Assembly (NCBI GenBank): GCA_964016885.1
Contig: OZ024742.1
Span: 85,374,001 to 85,438,000 of the forward strand
DNA: 64,000 nucleotides
Source: Eledone cirrhosa
Taxonomy: Eukaryota
Reading direction: 5' to 3'
Below, piece after piece: positions 1-16,738 of the stretch (positions are counted from its first letter, which is position 1; each line of letters begins with the position of its first letter). The notes beneath the pieces were generated by a model, which saw nothing but the letters and a program-made list of their open reading frames with translations, did no database searches and had not been told where the DNA came from. Both the position numbers and the translations under genes were made by a program.

Positions 1-399
1 AGATTCTTCATAGCAACAACTGGACAATTGCTTCTGTACATAGGGTATATTACCAGATTCTTTCTATGCTATTATTTATAGCAATAGACTTTATTTGTAA
101 TTATTTCTGCTTTGGAGTTTCTTAAATTTTCTGTGCTAAATCATACAATTGCTGATGTTAATGATGATTTATTTTATTGGCGAGAAAAACAAAATATGGC
201 GCCAATACAAGCCGTAAACATCACTGTTTATGAACCTCACCGAATAAACGAAAGGGAAGAACGTTGGTATGATAATATGAATTGTAGTAAATATTCATAA
301 TCGCAATTGCACATGATAACAAATACCAAGTTCGCTTTTTTCCTTCTGATTACTTCGTGAGAGTAGATTGATTCTGCACCTTCAATTTCATCTTTTATA

Positions 400-800
400 A
401 AACATAATGGAATGCAGCAACTCCCACTTAAAACTACGTACTATCTCAAATATGACATGAAAAAGTTGTTGAGGGTTTGGCCAACGAGAAGGTTTCTCCT
501 CCTCAAAACATTTAGAAGTGTCCAGCAAAAATCTTCCTTAGGCGTAACTACCAGGAAGATATATTAGCTTCCCTGCCATCTAAATGGTAGAAGCTCATTA
601 TTTTACAAATCAGGTGTACTGAACTATAGCATACAGCACATTTCTGTTGCATTGTGTGCCACTTGAATATGTCCGGCTTTTGTTACTTCGTTTCCTGTAG
701 ACTTTGAATAGAACTCGTTGTGCCCTCTATAGGAATGCCATTCCGAGTAATTTTTCTCCATAATCTTCGGCCTCAAATTATTCTAGAATAGGCGGTTCAG
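400..800 (-). mobile_element. Highly decayed RTE-like LINE 3' fragment
   Basis: The minus strand gives broken similarity to the RTE C-terminus (RLRxFAGHxxR-like near 500-560). Many stops and frameshifts. Confidence 0.3.
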
Positions 801-1477
801 ATTTTCCTCGCCAAATCACAGATGAAAAATATATCTAAAATAATCAATATTCAAAGGAGGAAAGAGAGCATTTGTTGTCGGCTAGGGGAAAAAAAATCAT
901 AGGAAGTCAGATATAGAGATAAAAAATAAAACAAAATGTTTAAGGTGGATAAATAAATATATATAAAAAAAAACAATTAATCAAATGAATTACTGGATGG
1001 GGTTACTTGACTTTGACTGCGTCAGTATTTTGTCACACATATTAGTCGTCTCTTAAGCTATTTATTTAATTATATTTTATGCTTGATTTTACTTAATTTC
1101 CGAGAATTGATTTGGTTCGATATCAATAAATATAATTATGTCTGTGACCCTGTATATAACCTTATGCGCACTACTCTATTCCAAACCTCGTAAATAAGAT
1201 GGATGCATACAGGATATTTTCCCAGTTATAGACTGGTAAGGCCCACTGATCCGAAGGAGTAAACGAGAAGATTTCACCGTAACGGCATATATACGAATCT
1301 GAGAGAGACGGTATCCAAAACAATAATATAACAGTAAGGGAATATCAAAGCATACCTACACAACAAACATAACATTCCCTGACAATGATGCATTCATTTC
1401 TAATGTTTGGAGTAACAGCGTTGGAATTTGTTGTCAAATAGTTTTCTGTCTTTATATAATATATATCTCCTAATAAT

Positions 1478-1608
1478 TGTTTCTACTTTAGGCACAAGGC
1501 CAGCAATTAACCAGTGCATTACTGGTACTTTATTTTATCGACCCCGTAAGGATGAAAGGCAAAGTCAACCTCGGCGGGATTTGAACTCAGATCGTAAAGG
1601 GACGTAAC
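1478..1608 (-). mobile_element. 5'-truncated tRNA-derived SINE with 18-bp TSD
   Basis: Shares core GCCTTTCATCCTTACGGGGTCGATAAAATAAAGTACCAGT with 41097 and, with one change, 43327; B-box GAGTTCAAATC. TSD tatatatctcctaataat at 1460-1477 and 1609-1626. Confidence 0.85.
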
Positions 1609-2854
1609 TATATATCTCCTAATAATGGGCATCCATTGCGGGGTCGATGTAACTTTACCAAAATAATTTGATTTAATAGATACATATATGAGAACCACAT
1701 ACTTCAAGTCAACGTTTCTGTAAGAATTCTCTTGCTGTCAGTTGATAACTTCTCTCACTGATATGTTTTCGTTCCAGCAATTTACAGCAGCGCAGCATAC
1801 AATTAACATATGGGCAACCATTCAAATGTAGTTTGAACATGAATATGTCATCGCCATATGTATTTTCAAATTCTTCATATATTTATATCTAGCAAATATA
1901 AATCTTGTAATTGCCCCTGCATTTATTTCCTCTGAATATGATGTGTAAAATTGAATATGTAGTTTCAAATGATTTGAAAACCGGTTTTCCTACTTGGAAT
2001 AATGAATAAATTATGAATATGTATAAACGTAATAAGTGGAGGACTCGTCATCTGTGCACACATTGAACTTAGTGTAATATTTCCAGGATTCATCTAGTGG
2101 AAAACGCAAGGGTGAATATAATTCACACGACTTATTTAAACTATCAGCGTTGCGGATCTGTGTAGCAAATAGTACATTTAATCGATATAAGGTTGCCATT
2201 GTGTTATAAGTAATAATAATTAACATCCAAATGCCACAGGTGGATTCTGCTGCAGCTTTATTTATAATAATTATAATTGAATGTGTATTTCAGGAACTTG
2301 TGAGTTATACTTAGCATGCATTCGCTGCTATTCATAGTAAGTTGTTGAAACAAAACTCAGTCTGAAATACCTTTATCACAACGAAAGGTATTAGTAGTGT
2401 ATTAGACGTTAGGATTCTATCTCGTTTGTTTGTAATTTTACTGTTTGTAATTATTGAATTATTTCTATCGTTATTCAGTTCTTAAGATTCTAATTCACAG
2501 ACCTTCCTTATATGTCCTTACAGAGTGTGTTGTTCAGAATTGATTAAGTGGTTCAGTATTCTATACGTTATAAGTGACCTGTTTTGTTTTCATTTGTGAA
2601 CTCATCTACTTAATCTTTTTGGAATATGTGTTTTAAGAAATGAAAGATATCTGGGGATGGTTGTAGGTAGTTGAGAATTACCATTCACGGGAATATTATG
2701 AGCAAAGTCACAGGATATGTCTAACACGTTAAAGGATGCTAGCCATTGATAGGCACTATGTATGACGTATTATCGGATTTCTGGTTAAATTTTTTGCAGG
2801 TACACATAATGAACTTGCAGAAACATTTATTCGGATGTTGCCGGAGCCGGATAT

Positions 2855-3900
2855 GGCACCTGACTGGTTCACTTGGGGTAATGCCACTCTCATCCCCATT
2901 AATTGATACACTGCAAACACCCTAAAGTATAAAATCAAAAGATGACTTCCGATAGACTACTAGACTACTACCCCAGAACCTCTCCTAGCACTTGGGAAAA
3001 AAAAATGAAATATTTTCAGAAGAGAAAAACGGATGTTCAAAATTTTGTATTGGTATATAGCTGCATTACATCTCATCAAATTATGAGGGAAAATAAAACG
3101 AAACATTATTTCAGCATCGTATGAATATTTTATCAGAAGGCATTTGACAGTGTTCCCCATACATGGATATTAAACGTATTAGCTTTGAACAAATATGCAA
3201 CGACAATAAATGCATTCAACAATCATGCTCTAAAAAAGAGGCAGAAATATCTACAGATACAAAGCAAAGATGAGTTTATAAAACTGAGCACATCCCACGA
3301 CTAGAAAACTGTTAAAAATATATGATGAAGAATAATTAATTGAAAGTTTAAAAGACCCCACAGAAAAGGAACAGCAGTCTTAAAATCTGAACTGACTGAT
3401 ACTTGTGAGGACAGAAGAAACACTAACAGGAAATGTGAAAACGATAACATAAAGAGTGACAACAAATATCCAACATGCTATATTAATAGATTGCAAGATA
3501 AATCCCAACATAACCTATACGTGAAAACCGAATGGAGGGGACATGGTAAATTCCCAATACTGGCTGAGAAACACTTGTCGAAACCCGATACTGAACGATT
3601 TCTAATTTCAGTAGAAGAGAAAGGCTACCTACAAAAAGTAATTGTAGTGGGGAATAAACAAGGAACAGTTCTCTTTGGCTGCATGATGCTGGTCACATCA
3701 CTTATGTTATTATCATTCACATGCATTGGAACTTTCGCTAGTACTTCAAATTACGGATAGAAAATGGTTGTAGTGACATAAATCATAAAATGGATGAGAA
3801 TGACAAAGCAGGCATTCTGTCGGATATGTCAATAGAGACAAATATAGAGATGGAAAGCTAATGACGAGAAATTGTAATCAATTATAAAGATCTGTAAATA
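2855..3900 (+). mobile_element. Decayed R4/Dong-like non-LTR retrotransposon fragments
   Basis: APDWFTWGNATLIP (RT entry), W.GHGKFP, and ENDKAGILSDMSIET resembling the ENxxxxILWDxxIxTD motif before the restriction-like endonuclease. Confidence 0.5.
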
Positions 3901-4026
3901 GAAATAACCTCTCTATTGATTCTATTACGTTTTCTCATGTACTCAATATTAGAGTATAAATATTGAGTTTTCTCATAAGTTAATCACTACCTTGATAAAA
4001 TCTTAACCATCTACTATGTCAGGGTT

Positions 4027-4247
4027 TGTCATGTAGCATTTTAATTTATCTGATGAAGACGTGCTGTTGAACTTAATTCAGTACCTCTGAATAATAACAT
4101 TTAATTGATCACAGAAATATCTATTTTTGTTAATATTGGAATTAATATTAATAACTCTGGAAGAAATTACTGTAGAGTGCTTTCAATCTACTGTAAAACT
4201 CATTCTTTGATGTAAAACTCATTCATTGAATCTTGTTTAACTCTTTA

Positions 4248-4308
<61 letters not shown>

Positions 4309-4430
4309 TTCAAAATATTAACAAAATAGATATTCCTGTGATCAATTATATTTTATTATACATATATCAGAGGTACTGAGTTAAGATCAACAGTACGTCC
4401 TCATCAGATAAGATAAATGATACATGGCAT
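4027..4430. repeat. Diverged inverted pair (about 4027-4145 and 4305-4430) converging on a (TA)n tract, with decayed HHR cores
   Basis: The segments are reverse-complementary. Each has CTGATGA followed by a GTRCTG/CAGTAC stem, but GAAA is decayed. Confidence 0.65.
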
Positions 4431-4902
4431 ACACAAGCACAATAACAACAAACACATATAAACACACACTAGTAAACTAAGATAGAATACAATAACCAAT
4501 ACACAGTCACCCAAACAAGAACACACATCAAACACTATACACACACGCAAACGCATGCGCAGAGAAAACAAAAAAAAAAATAAATAAATAACCCGACTAA
4601 ATAAAGATGGCGTAGGTATAGAATACAACGGGAGGAAACATAATAGCACCACTGACGATGTTGCAGATATGCAACGAAAGAACCTTGTTAGACTATATAT
4701 ATATGTGTTTATGTCTATATTGTATCTGTATGTTTGACCGTTGGTCAGTCAATTGTAACATTGAGGACCGAATAAGCAAAAACCAACCAAACAACGAGTG
4801 TGTTCTGTTATTAATTATGGCAATACTATTACACAAATATGACCCTCCCCAAGTATAACAATATTTATTTCGACACACGATTTCATATTAAAAACCTTGC
4901 AA

Positions 4903-5476
<574 letters not shown>

Positions 5477-6896
5477 CAACGTTGAGTGTGTAATCGAGAC
5501 TACACAAACGTTTATCAATATATACACACATAATTTGTAGGCATATAAACATGCTGGAAAATGTGAATTCTCCTGTAAATAAGACAAAAACTGATAAATA
5601 TCATTAATCGAATCAGAAGACGAGTATATATAATCCCATCAATCAGAAGCAAATATTAACCGATGGCTATATATTAATTCACTCTTGGTATTTTTCTGAA
5701 AAAGAAACACTAATTTCAATATACTGAGCGCTTATTTTAAATTAAATATATAGTAAGACTTGCTTATATATGCATACTCGAAACCAAGTATGATTTTGGG
5801 TGCTCCTGTGCATACTTGTTTGTATGAATGCTCTTCGGGAATAATGATTTCAAAAATGATAATATTTACAAAACGTGGTATATAAAATACGGGAATAGTG
5901 GGATTTTTGTGTGTAAATAATTTGTTGTGGAGCTGCAAAAGCCATATCACGCTTATCTGTATATTTGTATCGTATCCTTCAATCATTTTACAGCATCTAT
6001 ACGCTAATGTTATAGGCAGAAATTCCTGTATCCCTTTACCAATAAACTAGAAAACACGAGTAGTAAATTAACGAGCCTATTTGCAGCATAAACAATTCAA
6101 TAATATCAGAAGGACTTGATGTCGACTGCTAGTATTGCATTTCGGTATCAGATACGCTTAATAAAACGATATCACAAATTTATATTATTAGTAGGGCCAC
6201 GTAAACCTACTCGGAAATAGAAGCATTTTCTGGTATTTTTTTTTTTTTTTTTTTTGGTTGATTTGGAGTTAATGATCAGGTTATAACTGAATTCCTATTC
6301 TTAACAACACACGAAAGACGATGGTTTGAAAGCCTATATGTTGATATCTTCTATCGATTTATTATAATTTTTTTCCTACACGTCAGTTATAAACTGTAGG
6401 ATATAACTATTTCTGAAGGATCAGTAGATCTCATGTTGAGTGCACGGAATATAATATATATTAAATATATAACGCCAGAAATAACAAACTTCAATTACAC
6501 ATGAATTTATGAATTGAAATATCTGTGTTCATATATGGATATCAATATATATCTGTGTCCATATATGGATATCAATATTTGTAAATGAGATATAAGCTTT
6601 GCTAAACTAAGGCCATTTCACCAGTGATAAATTAACAAGAATAATTCACAAGGTGACAACATTGGTGGAGTATGAAGCTCAGATAATATATTGAGGGAAT
6701 AACAACACGAAAATTACAGGTTCATAAACACCCAAGTGTGTAAATCTACAGAAGAAACACATACAAACGTAAAACCCCGCCTCTTGCACTCTAGATTGTA
6801 TAGAAGTGTGCGTTCGTATATCTTCTGGTTTAGACTGAATAAATAAACAGTGGACATACAACGGTGATTTGTAATTTAGATGAATTTTATATATAT

Positions 6897-7098
6897 AGGA
6901 ACAAGTATGACCCCGACGGCAGAGCTCAAGCCGTTTCGACGGCTATTTCTGGACTGAAATAGCCAGAAATAGCCGTCGAAACGGCTTGAGCTCTGCCGTC
7001 AGTGTAATACTTTTTCCTTTTACCCACTCTACTACCCTAAGTATTGAGCACTTTGGTGCGTTAGGCCCCATCTGGTTCCTTACCACAACTCCTTCGTT
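6897..7098 (+). mobile_element. Fold-back mini-element family F1, copy a (3' half of an HHR)
   Basis: A short inverted arm plus a longer forward arm between TA tracts. GAAACGGC..GCCGTC is HHR stem III with GUC. Four copies in the window. Confidence 0.8.
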
Positions 7099-7837
7099 AT
7101 ATATATATATATATATATAAATATATATATATATGCACGCATGTGCGTGTGTACGTGTGTGTGTGTGTGCGGGTGGGGGGTGGGGGTGGGGGTGTGTGCC
7201 TGTATGTGTCTGTATGTGTGTGTGTGTGTTTATATATTGTTGCAGTGTGCCTATACGTGGAAGATACACAGAAACATCTTGAGAATAAGCGTGGCCAAGC
7301 AATCCAAAATACTTCAGATCAGTAGTTTATCCCAGCTACATGTTGGTGATAAGGAGTGGCGGAGAGATCGTTAATTAATTAACCTTGTTAAGACGGGATT
7401 ACTTCATCACAATTGCTTCATTGCATGATATATCCTTCTATGACATATGACTTTATCAGATGATCGTACAATCATTACGTGCAAGGTGATTTAATCTTTA
7501 AATATTCCTTATTATATAATAAATGCTAACACCAACACTTTAATATAATAATTAATAACCCAATATATATATATATAAACTCCTCTTCCACTGAACCATA
7601 ACCGAACAGCACTTCTTTACAAGGATATATCAGTAATAACAAATAGACCACTTAGATGTTTGTGGCTATCTCTAAACCTAGTGAACATTCACCCTTACCG
7701 CATTCATCTACCTGTATCATGTAAGGATAATTTATCGCGCAACCAATTTGTGATGTATCCACATATATATCTAAACACATCTGCATATGAGGGCACGCAC
7801 TTCCGTATATCTATCTATATATGTATATATATATATA

Positions 7838-8039
7838 GGCAAAAGGCCAGCAATTTCAGGGAAAGGAGAAGTCGACTAAATCGTCCCCAGTGCATAGCTG
7901 CTACTATACTGTATCGATCCCGTAAGGATGAAAAGCAAAGATAACCACGACGGGATATGAACTCATATCATAAAGGGCCGTACCTCTATGCCTCAAAGTA
8001 TGGAGTCCGACCCTCTAGCGTTATCGCCAATCCTCTGCC
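7838..8039 (-). mobile_element. Older full-length tRNA-derived SINE
   Basis: Diverged match to the 41097 SINE (GGC start, B-box GAGTTCATATC, TTTCATCCTTACGGGATCGAT core). Confidence 0.75.
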
Positions 8040-8059
8040 CTAATCTGTGTATATATGTA

Positions 8060-8173
<114 letters not shown>

Positions 8174-8255
8174 CGTTATTCCGGGTTGAATCGGAGGTAA
8201 CCACAGTAAGTAAGGTACTCAATACATTGCAGAGTATACAAGTTTTAATGTAGAT

Positions 8256-8308
8256 GAGATTCTACAGGACTAGAACTGTTTCATTCTTTAGAAATCATCA
8301 GGAATCTC
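8256..8308 (-). ncRNA. Type I hammerhead ribozyme (intact core)
   Basis: GAGATTC-CTGATGA-t-TTCT-aa-AGAA-t-GAAACAG-ttctagtc-CTGTA-GAATCTC; triplet GUA. Confidence 0.8.
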
Positions 8309-8309
8309 T

Positions 8310-8362
8310 GAGATTCCTGATGATTTCTAAAGAATGAAACAGTTCTAGTCCTGTAGAATTTC
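8310..8362 (+). ncRNA. Type I hammerhead ribozyme (mirror copy)
   Basis: Same fold as 8256-8308, with one GU in stem I. Confidence 0.8.
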
Positions 8363-8393
8363 ATCTATATTAAAACTATATATATATATATAT

Positions 8394-8464
8394 CAGAAAG
8401 TGAGTTTTTTTTTACAAAATGAAAAATAACCAGTTGCATTTTCGATTTCATCTTTTTTTCTTTA
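8394..8464. mobile_element. Tiny two-orientation fragment of the 3' tail of the 54893-56877 PLE family
   Basis: The left part matches 48938-48975. The right part CAGTTGCATTTTCGATTTCATC is the reverse complement of 47984-48015. TA-flanked. Confidence 0.6.
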
Positions 8465-8565
8465 TATATATATATATTATAAAGAAAAGGAAAAATCAGA
8501 GATGCATCTGGACATAGTTTATTTCGTGTTACAAATGTTTCGCCGCCATGTAGCTCGTGTCATGG

Positions 8566-8654
<89 letters not shown>

Positions 8655-8700
8655 GTAAATACATTTATATTTATGCATATATGTATGTATATATATATTA

Positions 8701-9977
<1,277 letters not shown>

Positions 9978-10128
9978 TCAGGTTTTCAAAATGTAGTGAT
10001 AATATATCGTCACGTTAGAGATGAACAGCGTACGAGTAGGTTTGCTCAACGAGTATAAATTATATTCCAGAGAAAATGGAGAAGAGATGAATATAAAATG
10101 AAAGTGCTTTTTTTAAAAAGGAATTTAT

Positions 10129-10245
10129 TAGGTATTGACATATGTTTCTGTAACAGACAGAATACCTATGTATCGCTGCTTGCGTAATCATATAATGTTA
10201 GCAAGTATTCGATAGCAAATGTATAATCAGTTGTCACTTCTTCAG
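10129..10245 (-). ncRNA. HHR-like motif in PLE terminal repeat (mirror copy at about 12817-12933, +)
   Basis: CTGAAGA-a-GTGACA..TGTTAC-a-GAAAC-ATAT-GTC. Stem I next to the core is unconvincing; the 3' strand AATACCTA instead pairs with an internal TAGGTATT. Confidence 0.4.
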
Positions 10246-11006
10246 AGATATTGGATAAATTGGAAAAAATCAGAAAAGTTGAAGTATTTATATTAGTTGT
10301 AATAAAGGAAGGAGAGAGGGGATAGTATATGACAGATGGCAATTCAATTCACTGGTAAACAAGTATATAGAAGGTTTCTAATGAGAATACAATGAGTATA
10401 TGGCTTATTTTATCTAAATAAGAATTTTTGGGAGTGCCTATTTTAATCTATACTTGACCAATTGAACAATGGACAGGGCTGGTCCTTTGGTGTAGTAGTA
10501 TTAATAGATATAAAGTGTCAATTAAGGAAGAGTGAGATTTTAACTGACACTGTATAACAACACTGCTGGTAGCATGCTGGTATATTCATTAGGGAATTGA
10601 ATTAAGAAATCTCATTTTATCTATAGCAGTTTATATTAAATGGTAAAAAATAGAAGAATTGACATAATTAAGACTAATAGAGAATGTTAATATGTATTTT
10701 GACAATCAAACGGAGATGGAGACTCGCGATCAATCCTGGTAGCGTTTGTAATATGAAAATGTATATTTCAAGCGATGGTTACAGTATAACGATCGCTCTA
10801 TTCTGGTTATTTATATGCGTAACTAATAGGAGCGCATCGTCACGGTAGATTCCACCGTGGAGATCCTTGAATTTTCCTTGTAGTCTGTGGGTGATATAAA
10901 TTCCCACAAGATCAGTTACTACCGCCGAATCATTGGAACCCATAGTAATATCAAAATTAGAAGCTCTATCTTTGCGAACCCAGTAGCTATCATCAAATTT
11001 AACAAT

Positions 11007-12333
11007 AGGGTTCGCAAAGATAGACCTTCTAATTTTGATATTACTATGGGTTACGGTGGAATCTACCGTGACGATGCGCTCCTATTAGTTAAGCATATAC
11101 ATAACCAGAATTTAGAAAGGATGCGTAAAAATATCAGAAATATTTTTAAGGAACTAGGATTAAATATTACATTTGAATATAACCTCAAAGAGGTTAATTT
11201 CCTTGATGTTACTTTGAATCTCAATACAGAAACGATTAAACCGTTCCATAAACTAAATGAGAACCTTAAATATGTAAATACGAGTTCTAACCATCCACTC
11301 TCTATAATTAAATCCATCCCTAGAAATATTTCCCTTAGACTCTCCCGCCTGTCGTCCAACCAGCAAACCTTCAAAGAACATGCCGAATATTATGATGATG
11401 CAGTTAGGAAGGCTGGACACCTAGATAATATAGAGTATATAGACGACGATCACCAAAACACCCAAAATAAATCTCATAGAGGTAAAAATAGCATAGAATC
11501 ACCACCATACATACACTACCGCAATAGACACACTAATAGTCGCACACCACCAAACAGAAGGCGATGTAAAGAGTATATATGGTACAACCCGGTCTATAAC
11601 AGCTCTATTAAAACCAGTCTACCCTCACAATTCTTTCGATTAGTTAAAAACACTTTCCAACATCACATAAATATAATACAATCTTAAACCCTAACACTAT
11701 TCGACTTTCATATTCAACCGCCCCTAATATTGAACAACATATAAAAAAGCTTTACGCAAAACGGTTGTATAAACGCCTTCCAACACATAACAATACACGT
11801 AAAACATCAGCTATAACATCACAAAACAACAAACAACATCCCGTCCTACCTAAGCAACGTGATCAACCCATCCATGCCAATACAACAACGCAAAATTATA
11901 ACTGTAACTGTGTCCAACCAGGAATGTGTCCGTTGAACAATCAGTGTCTTGAACGTAACATCATATACAAATGTACTATCGAATCAGATAGCCAGAACTG
12001 GTACTATGTGGGGTCTACAGCCACCTCCTTCAAATCTCGCCTTTATAGACATCGTTACTCGATGAAACATGAAAACCAGCGTTATGTAACAACACTTGCA
12101 GACAAGGCTTGGCAGCTGCGCGAAAATAAACAACAATTTAACCTAAAATGGGATATAATAGTGTCTGCCCCTCCATTACCCAGGGACAGGAATTTTGTAA
12201 ATTGTGTAATATGGAATTATTTTGTATTATAAAATCCAAAAATATTTTATTAAATAACAGAATAGAGCGATCGTTATACTGTAACCATCGCTTGAAATAT
12301 ATATTTTCATATTACAAACACTACCAGGATTGA
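11007..12333 (+). pseudogene. PLE RT (motifs 4-7, thumb) plus GIY-YIG endonuclease, frameshifted
   Basis: FDITMG, GIYRDD, VNFLDVT, SNHP, IWYNP, CNCxxxxxCPLxxxC linker, NIIY..YYVG, CKLC..E. Confidence 0.9.
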
Positions 12334-12978
12334 ACGCCTGTCTCCATCTCCGTTTGATTGTCAAAATACATATTAACATTCTCTATTAGTCTTAATTCTA
12401 TCAACTCTTCTATGCTTTACCATTTAATATAAACTGCTATAGATAAAGTGAGATTTCTTAATTAAATTCCCTAATGCATATACCAGCAGGCTACCAGCAT
12501 TGTTGTTATTCAGTAGCAGTGAAAAATCTCCCTCTTCCTTAATTGACACTTTATAATTAATACTACTACACCAACCGACCAGCCATTTCCATTGTTCAAT
12601 TGGTCAAGTATAGATTAAAATAGGCACTCCCAAAAATTCTTATTTAGATAAAATAAACCATATACTCATTGTATTCTCATTAGAAACCCTTTATATACTT
12701 GTTTACCAGTAAATAGAATTGCCATATGTCATATACTATCCCCTCTCTTCTTCCTTTATTACAACTAATATAAATACTTCAACTTTTCTGATTTTTTTCC
12801 AATTTATCCAATATCTCTGAAGAAGTGACAACTGATTATACATTTGCTATCGAATACTTGCTAACATTATATGATTACGCAAGCAGGGATGCATAGGTAT
12901 CCCGTCTGAGACAGAATCATATGTCAATACCTAATAAATTCCTTTTTAATAAAAGCCATTTCATTTTATATTCATCTG

Positions 12979-13093
<115 letters not shown>

Positions 13094-13103
13094 TGTATAT
13101 ATA

Positions 13104-13143
<40 letters not shown>

Positions 13144-13832
13144 TGGACCGCTAGTGATTGATAGTCCAGACTTCTGTTTCTAGTTCTTCATTTATATATA
13201 TATATATATATATATCCTATTTACAACAACACAGCTCACCATTTTTCATTCATATATGCTTTCACCTTCGCTTTGACCTGTCCTTTTCTCCTCCCTTACT
13301 GCTATCCTCTTTCTCTCTCCCCCTTCTCTTTCATTCTCACCCTTACTTTCACTCACCCTATCTGCTAGTCACCCTCTCTCGGCTAGCCTCTTCCTCACAC
13401 TTTCACTCACTTACTCTCTGCTACTCACCCTCTGTCTCCCTTCCCCCATCGTCCAACACCGTACGAAATTCTTTCCTCGCTCACATTCCCCCAACCAAGA
13501 TGTGTCTTTCGTCTTCTCGTCAATATTCGCACGTTCTTATGTTCAAGATGAATTATTGACTTGATTTTCTCATTTTTTCTTCTCTTTACGTTGCCTCACC
13601 CTTCGTGTTTGATTACCTGTCTCTCTTTCTCCAGCCAACTCTTGTTATCCCAATAACTTATATTAGTTATTGCATCGCCCTAGCCTGAAGTATATGGTCT
13701 GTAATGCGAAGAATACCTATGATGGCTGGTGGACCGCTGATGACGGATACTCCTGGCTTCTGTTTCTAGGTCTTTATTTTTTATATATATCCTATTTGCA
13801 ACAACACAGCTCGCCATTTTTCATTTATATAT
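13144..13832 (+). mobile_element. TA-flanked element with about 100-bp diverged terminal direct repeats (period about 586 bp)
   Basis: 13144-13257 resembles 13730-13832. CTGATGA-c-GGA-tac-TCC at 13737 has no following GAAA. Confidence 0.6.
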
Positions 13833-13836
13833 ACAT

Positions 13837-13884
<48 letters not shown>

Positions 13885-14194
13885 AGGAGTTAGTCCGGGA
13901 AAAGGTTTTAGTTGGGAAAGTAAGCTTCAACTTATATGGTATATGATGTTAATATTTTATTAATTTATTTTTTTTTGTTTTAGACTCTAGTACTTTAATT
14001 TTATAAATTCATGTCTTCCAGATTCGTGTATAATTCTATTTTCGCTAGGAATGTGAAGACAGACTACTTTATCCAGAGTCTTTAGAAATAGCTGTATAGA
14101 ATTCACCCTTAACGCTTGAGCGGCTTCATCCACTCCCTCTTTGTTCTACAGGTAAGTTCTGCCACCCGCAGCCATGAAAGATTTATATATATAT

Positions 14195-15951
<1,757 letters not shown>

Positions 15952-16073
15952 ATGTATATATATATATATATCCAGGGAGTGTAACCTGAAGTCACTGTAG
16001 TTTCACCCGGGTAAGCATCGAAGTTTTAGGTTCATTTCAGTGGCGATGTGTAGAGCTAAACTAAGTGTAATAT

Positions 16074-16339
16074 AATAATACAAGGAGGATTTGAGAAGCT
16101 TTCATTACGCTTATTCATTGGTGACGCACGTTTCGTTATTGATCAGATCAAATTTAGATCTTTATCGATCTGGCCTGACACTGGGATCAAAAGTTTGTCG
16201 GACCTCTGCTGTTGTAGTGACATTACAACAGAAGAGGTTCGACGAGATTTTCATTCCAGAGTCTGGCCAGATCGAACCTTGAACTGATCAATAGCGAAAC
16301 GCGCGTCACCAATCAATAAACGTAACGAAATCGTCCTGG

Positions 16340-16345
<6 letters not shown>
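16074..16345. mobile_element. Diverged fold-back mini-element with HHR 3' half
   Basis: Arms are symmetric about 16220. The right arm has CGAAACGCGCGTC, a typical PLE HHR stem III. No intact CTGANGA. Confidence 0.75.
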
Positions 16346-16390
<45 letters not shown>

Positions 16391-16513
16391 TGGTTTTATA
16401 AATATAGTTTCCATTTATTAATATCATTGATATTATACTCCAGATAAACTGTTGAGTGCTTCGAATCTATTATAAATATTAGTTGAATTACCAACAAATT
16501 AAATATCCCTTTG

Positions 16514-16550
<37 letters not shown>

Positions 16551-16553
<3 letters not shown>

Positions 16554-16738
16554 AACCAGTAAGACCCCGACGGCTGAGCTCAAGCCGTTTCGACGGCTAA
16601 TTCTGGACTAGCCGTCGAAACGGTTTGAGCTCAGCCGTCGGGGTCTTACTGGTTCCTATTACCCACTCTACTACCCTAAGTATTGAGTACTTTGGTGCGT
16701 TATGGTCCACCTGGTTCCTTACCGCATTTCCTTCGTTA
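16551..16738 (+). mobile_element. Fold-back mini-element F1, copy c
   Basis: Same ends as copy a (AGGAAC... to ...CCTTCGTTA), between TA tracts. Confidence 0.85.
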
